64,000 nt of DNA from a virus: the IMG/VR virus record IMGVR_UViG_3300034061_000981, positions 1 through 64,000 of that record. One strand, written 5' to 3'. This document shows positions 62,915 to 64,000 of the stretch, piece by piece; within the stretch, counting starts at the first letter, position 1; every line of letters starts with the position of its first letter. The notes under the pieces were generated by a model. It saw only the letters and a program-made list of their open reading frames with translations, had not been told where the DNA came from and did not search any database. The position numbers and the translations under genes were made by a program.

Positions 62915-63669
62915 AAGAAAAAATATTATTAATTGCAGGCTGTAGTCATGCCGCCGGAAGTGAGATTGACGGGAGTGAGGATAGTGAATACAATAGACAC
63001 CACTGTTTTGGTAGTGAGTTAGCATCAAAATTAGGTCGTAAACCTATCAATATGTCAATTGCAGGCAATACTAATAGTGGTATAGCAAGAAGTATACTTA
63101 AGTGGTTTTCTGCAAATTATAACCCTAAAAAGATAGATGTTATAGTATTAGTAGCTTGGACTGACAGTACACGAATGGAAGCCCCTGTAACAGAATTATG
63201 TAATCCTCCCCAGCCTTGTTACGCTAATTGGCTCGATATAACCTGTTCTAACTTTTTTAGGTCAACTATGGGTTATGAAGGTGATAAAAACAAACCCGGC
63301 GAAGTTGAAAGAATAAAAAGCATACAAAGATTTATAGCAGAAAATGAACAAATGGTTGAAATTATGTCTATAAACTATGTATTACAAATACAATATTTTT
63401 TACAATCAATAAAAGTAAATTATTTGATGTGTAATACAATGCCTATATTTATGGACCATACCAAGCATTTGGGATATTATTTAAATCTTATTGATGCGAC
63501 TAAATATTATGGTATATACAACAGTGAAGAAGCATTTTTTCCTAAATATAGAAAAGAAGGCTATGTCAATCCAAAAGCAAAATATTGGCATCACGATGAA
63601 ATCCCACATCAACTGTTTGCAGAAGAATTATACAACTTTATACAGGAGAACAAAAATGTTCATAGTTAG
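62911..63669 (+). CDS. SGNH/GDSL-like hydrolase or O-acyltransferase, copy 3
   Basis: AGCSHAAG, NMSIAGNTNSGI, VAWTD..R.E and C-terminal WHHDEIPH. Confidence 0.6.
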   Translation: MKEKILLIAGCSHAAGSEIDGSEDSEYNRHHCFGSELASKLGRKPINMSIAGNTNSGIARSILKWFSANYNPKKIDVIVLVAWTDSTRMEAPVTELCNPPQPCYANWLDITCSNFFRSTMGYEGDKNKPGEVERIKSIQRFIAENEQMVEIMSINYVLQIQYFLQSIKVNYLMCNTMPIFMDHTKHLGYYLNLIDATKYYGIYNSEEAFFPKYRKEGYVNPKAKYWHHDEIPHQLFAEELYNFIQENKNVHS

Positions 63670-63754
63670 ATGGTTTAAAAATTTAGTTAGAGAATACAAG
63701 TACCGCAAGCGCATTAAAGAATTACGCAAACGAGATCCATTTATTTACAAATGA
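63656..63754 (+). CDS. Small basic 32-aa protein (MFIVRWFKNLVREYKYRKRIKELRKRDPFIYK)
   Basis: CAGGAG ribosome-binding site at 63643-63648; the stop overlaps the next ATG (ATGA). The track start at 63491 is probably too long. Confidence 0.65.
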   Translation: MFIVRWFKNLVREYKYRKRIKELRKRDPFIYK

Positions 63755-64000
63755 ACTATATCGGTATAAGTGCAGGCTTCCATGATGCGGCCCTAAGCGT
63801 CATAGATAGTAACGGCAATATTGTCTTTGCTGGTCATAGTGAACGCTACAGCAAACAAAAACATGACAAACATTTGTCAATGGGTATTGTTGAGGATGCG
63901 TTAACTTATTGTAACGATGAAGTTGAGATTCACTATTACGAACGTCCAGGGATGAAGTTTTTGCGACAATTACGTTCAGGTGAAAAGCCTAAACTATCTA
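63751..64000 (+). CDS. Carbamoyltransferase, NodU/CmcH/TobZ family (3'-partial)
   Basis: Manual translation gives MNYIGISAGFHDAALSVIDSNGNIVFAGHSERYSKQKHD...HYYERP, the family N-terminal signature. The frame is open to the window end. Confidence 0.88.
   Translation, partial: MNYIGISAGFHDAALSVIDSNGNIVFAGHSERYSKQKHDKHLSMGIVEDALTYCNDEVEIHYYERPGMKFLRQLRSGEKPKLS

Noticed and set aside
1-64000. Stop-codon reassignment, since TAG ends only one called gene (63667-63669)
   Set aside because: Genes are full length under the standard code and are not fragmented by in-frame TAG or TGA. Low TAG use is expected in AT-rich genomes.
34777-64000. Host chromosomal LPS/capsule locus flanking a prophage, or a chimeric join
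   Set aside because: No integrase, att-like junction, wzx/wzy/ABC exporter or housekeeping gene is present. Strand, gene packing and TAAATA boxes are continuous with the phage module.
1-64000. tRNA, rRNA, structured ncRNA, introns, inteins and intrinsic terminators
   Set aside because: Intergenic gaps are at most about 60 nt, and no convincing cloverleaf, GC hairpin with U-tract, or splicing motif was seen by eye.

Overview
The window is a fragment of a large, AT-rich, T4-like contractile-tailed bacteriophage genome, and every credible gene is on the + strand. Bases 1-34728 are a baseplate/tail module: a tube-initiator-like gene, gp53-, hub-, gp5-, gp25- and gp6-like genes, a 6408-aa mosaic wedge/fibre protein, a chaperone-bearing fibre and a duplicated pair of Ser/Thr-rich structural proteins. 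TAAATA boxes resembling T4 late promoters sit in the few intergenic gaps. From 34777 to beyond 64000 runs an almost gap-free cluster of 28 genes. It encodes 3 GT-A-like and 7 paralogous GT-B (GT10-like 'TEK') glycosyltransferase domains, 5 twitch/SPASM and 2 B12-binding radical SAM enzymes, a GDP-mannose 3',5'-epimerase and an NDP-sugar dehydrogenase. It also encodes 3 SGNH-like proteins, a minimal DegT aminotransferase, an amidinotransferase, a carbamoyltransferase, and GT fusions to a methyltransferase and to a 2OG-Fe(II) oxygenase. The best candidate for an undescribed system is this cluster, read as a phage-encoded, apparently late-expressed pathway that builds a heavily tailored glycan, most plausibly on virion tail proteins and alternatively on DNA. 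All calls come from motif recognition by eye; no searches were run.
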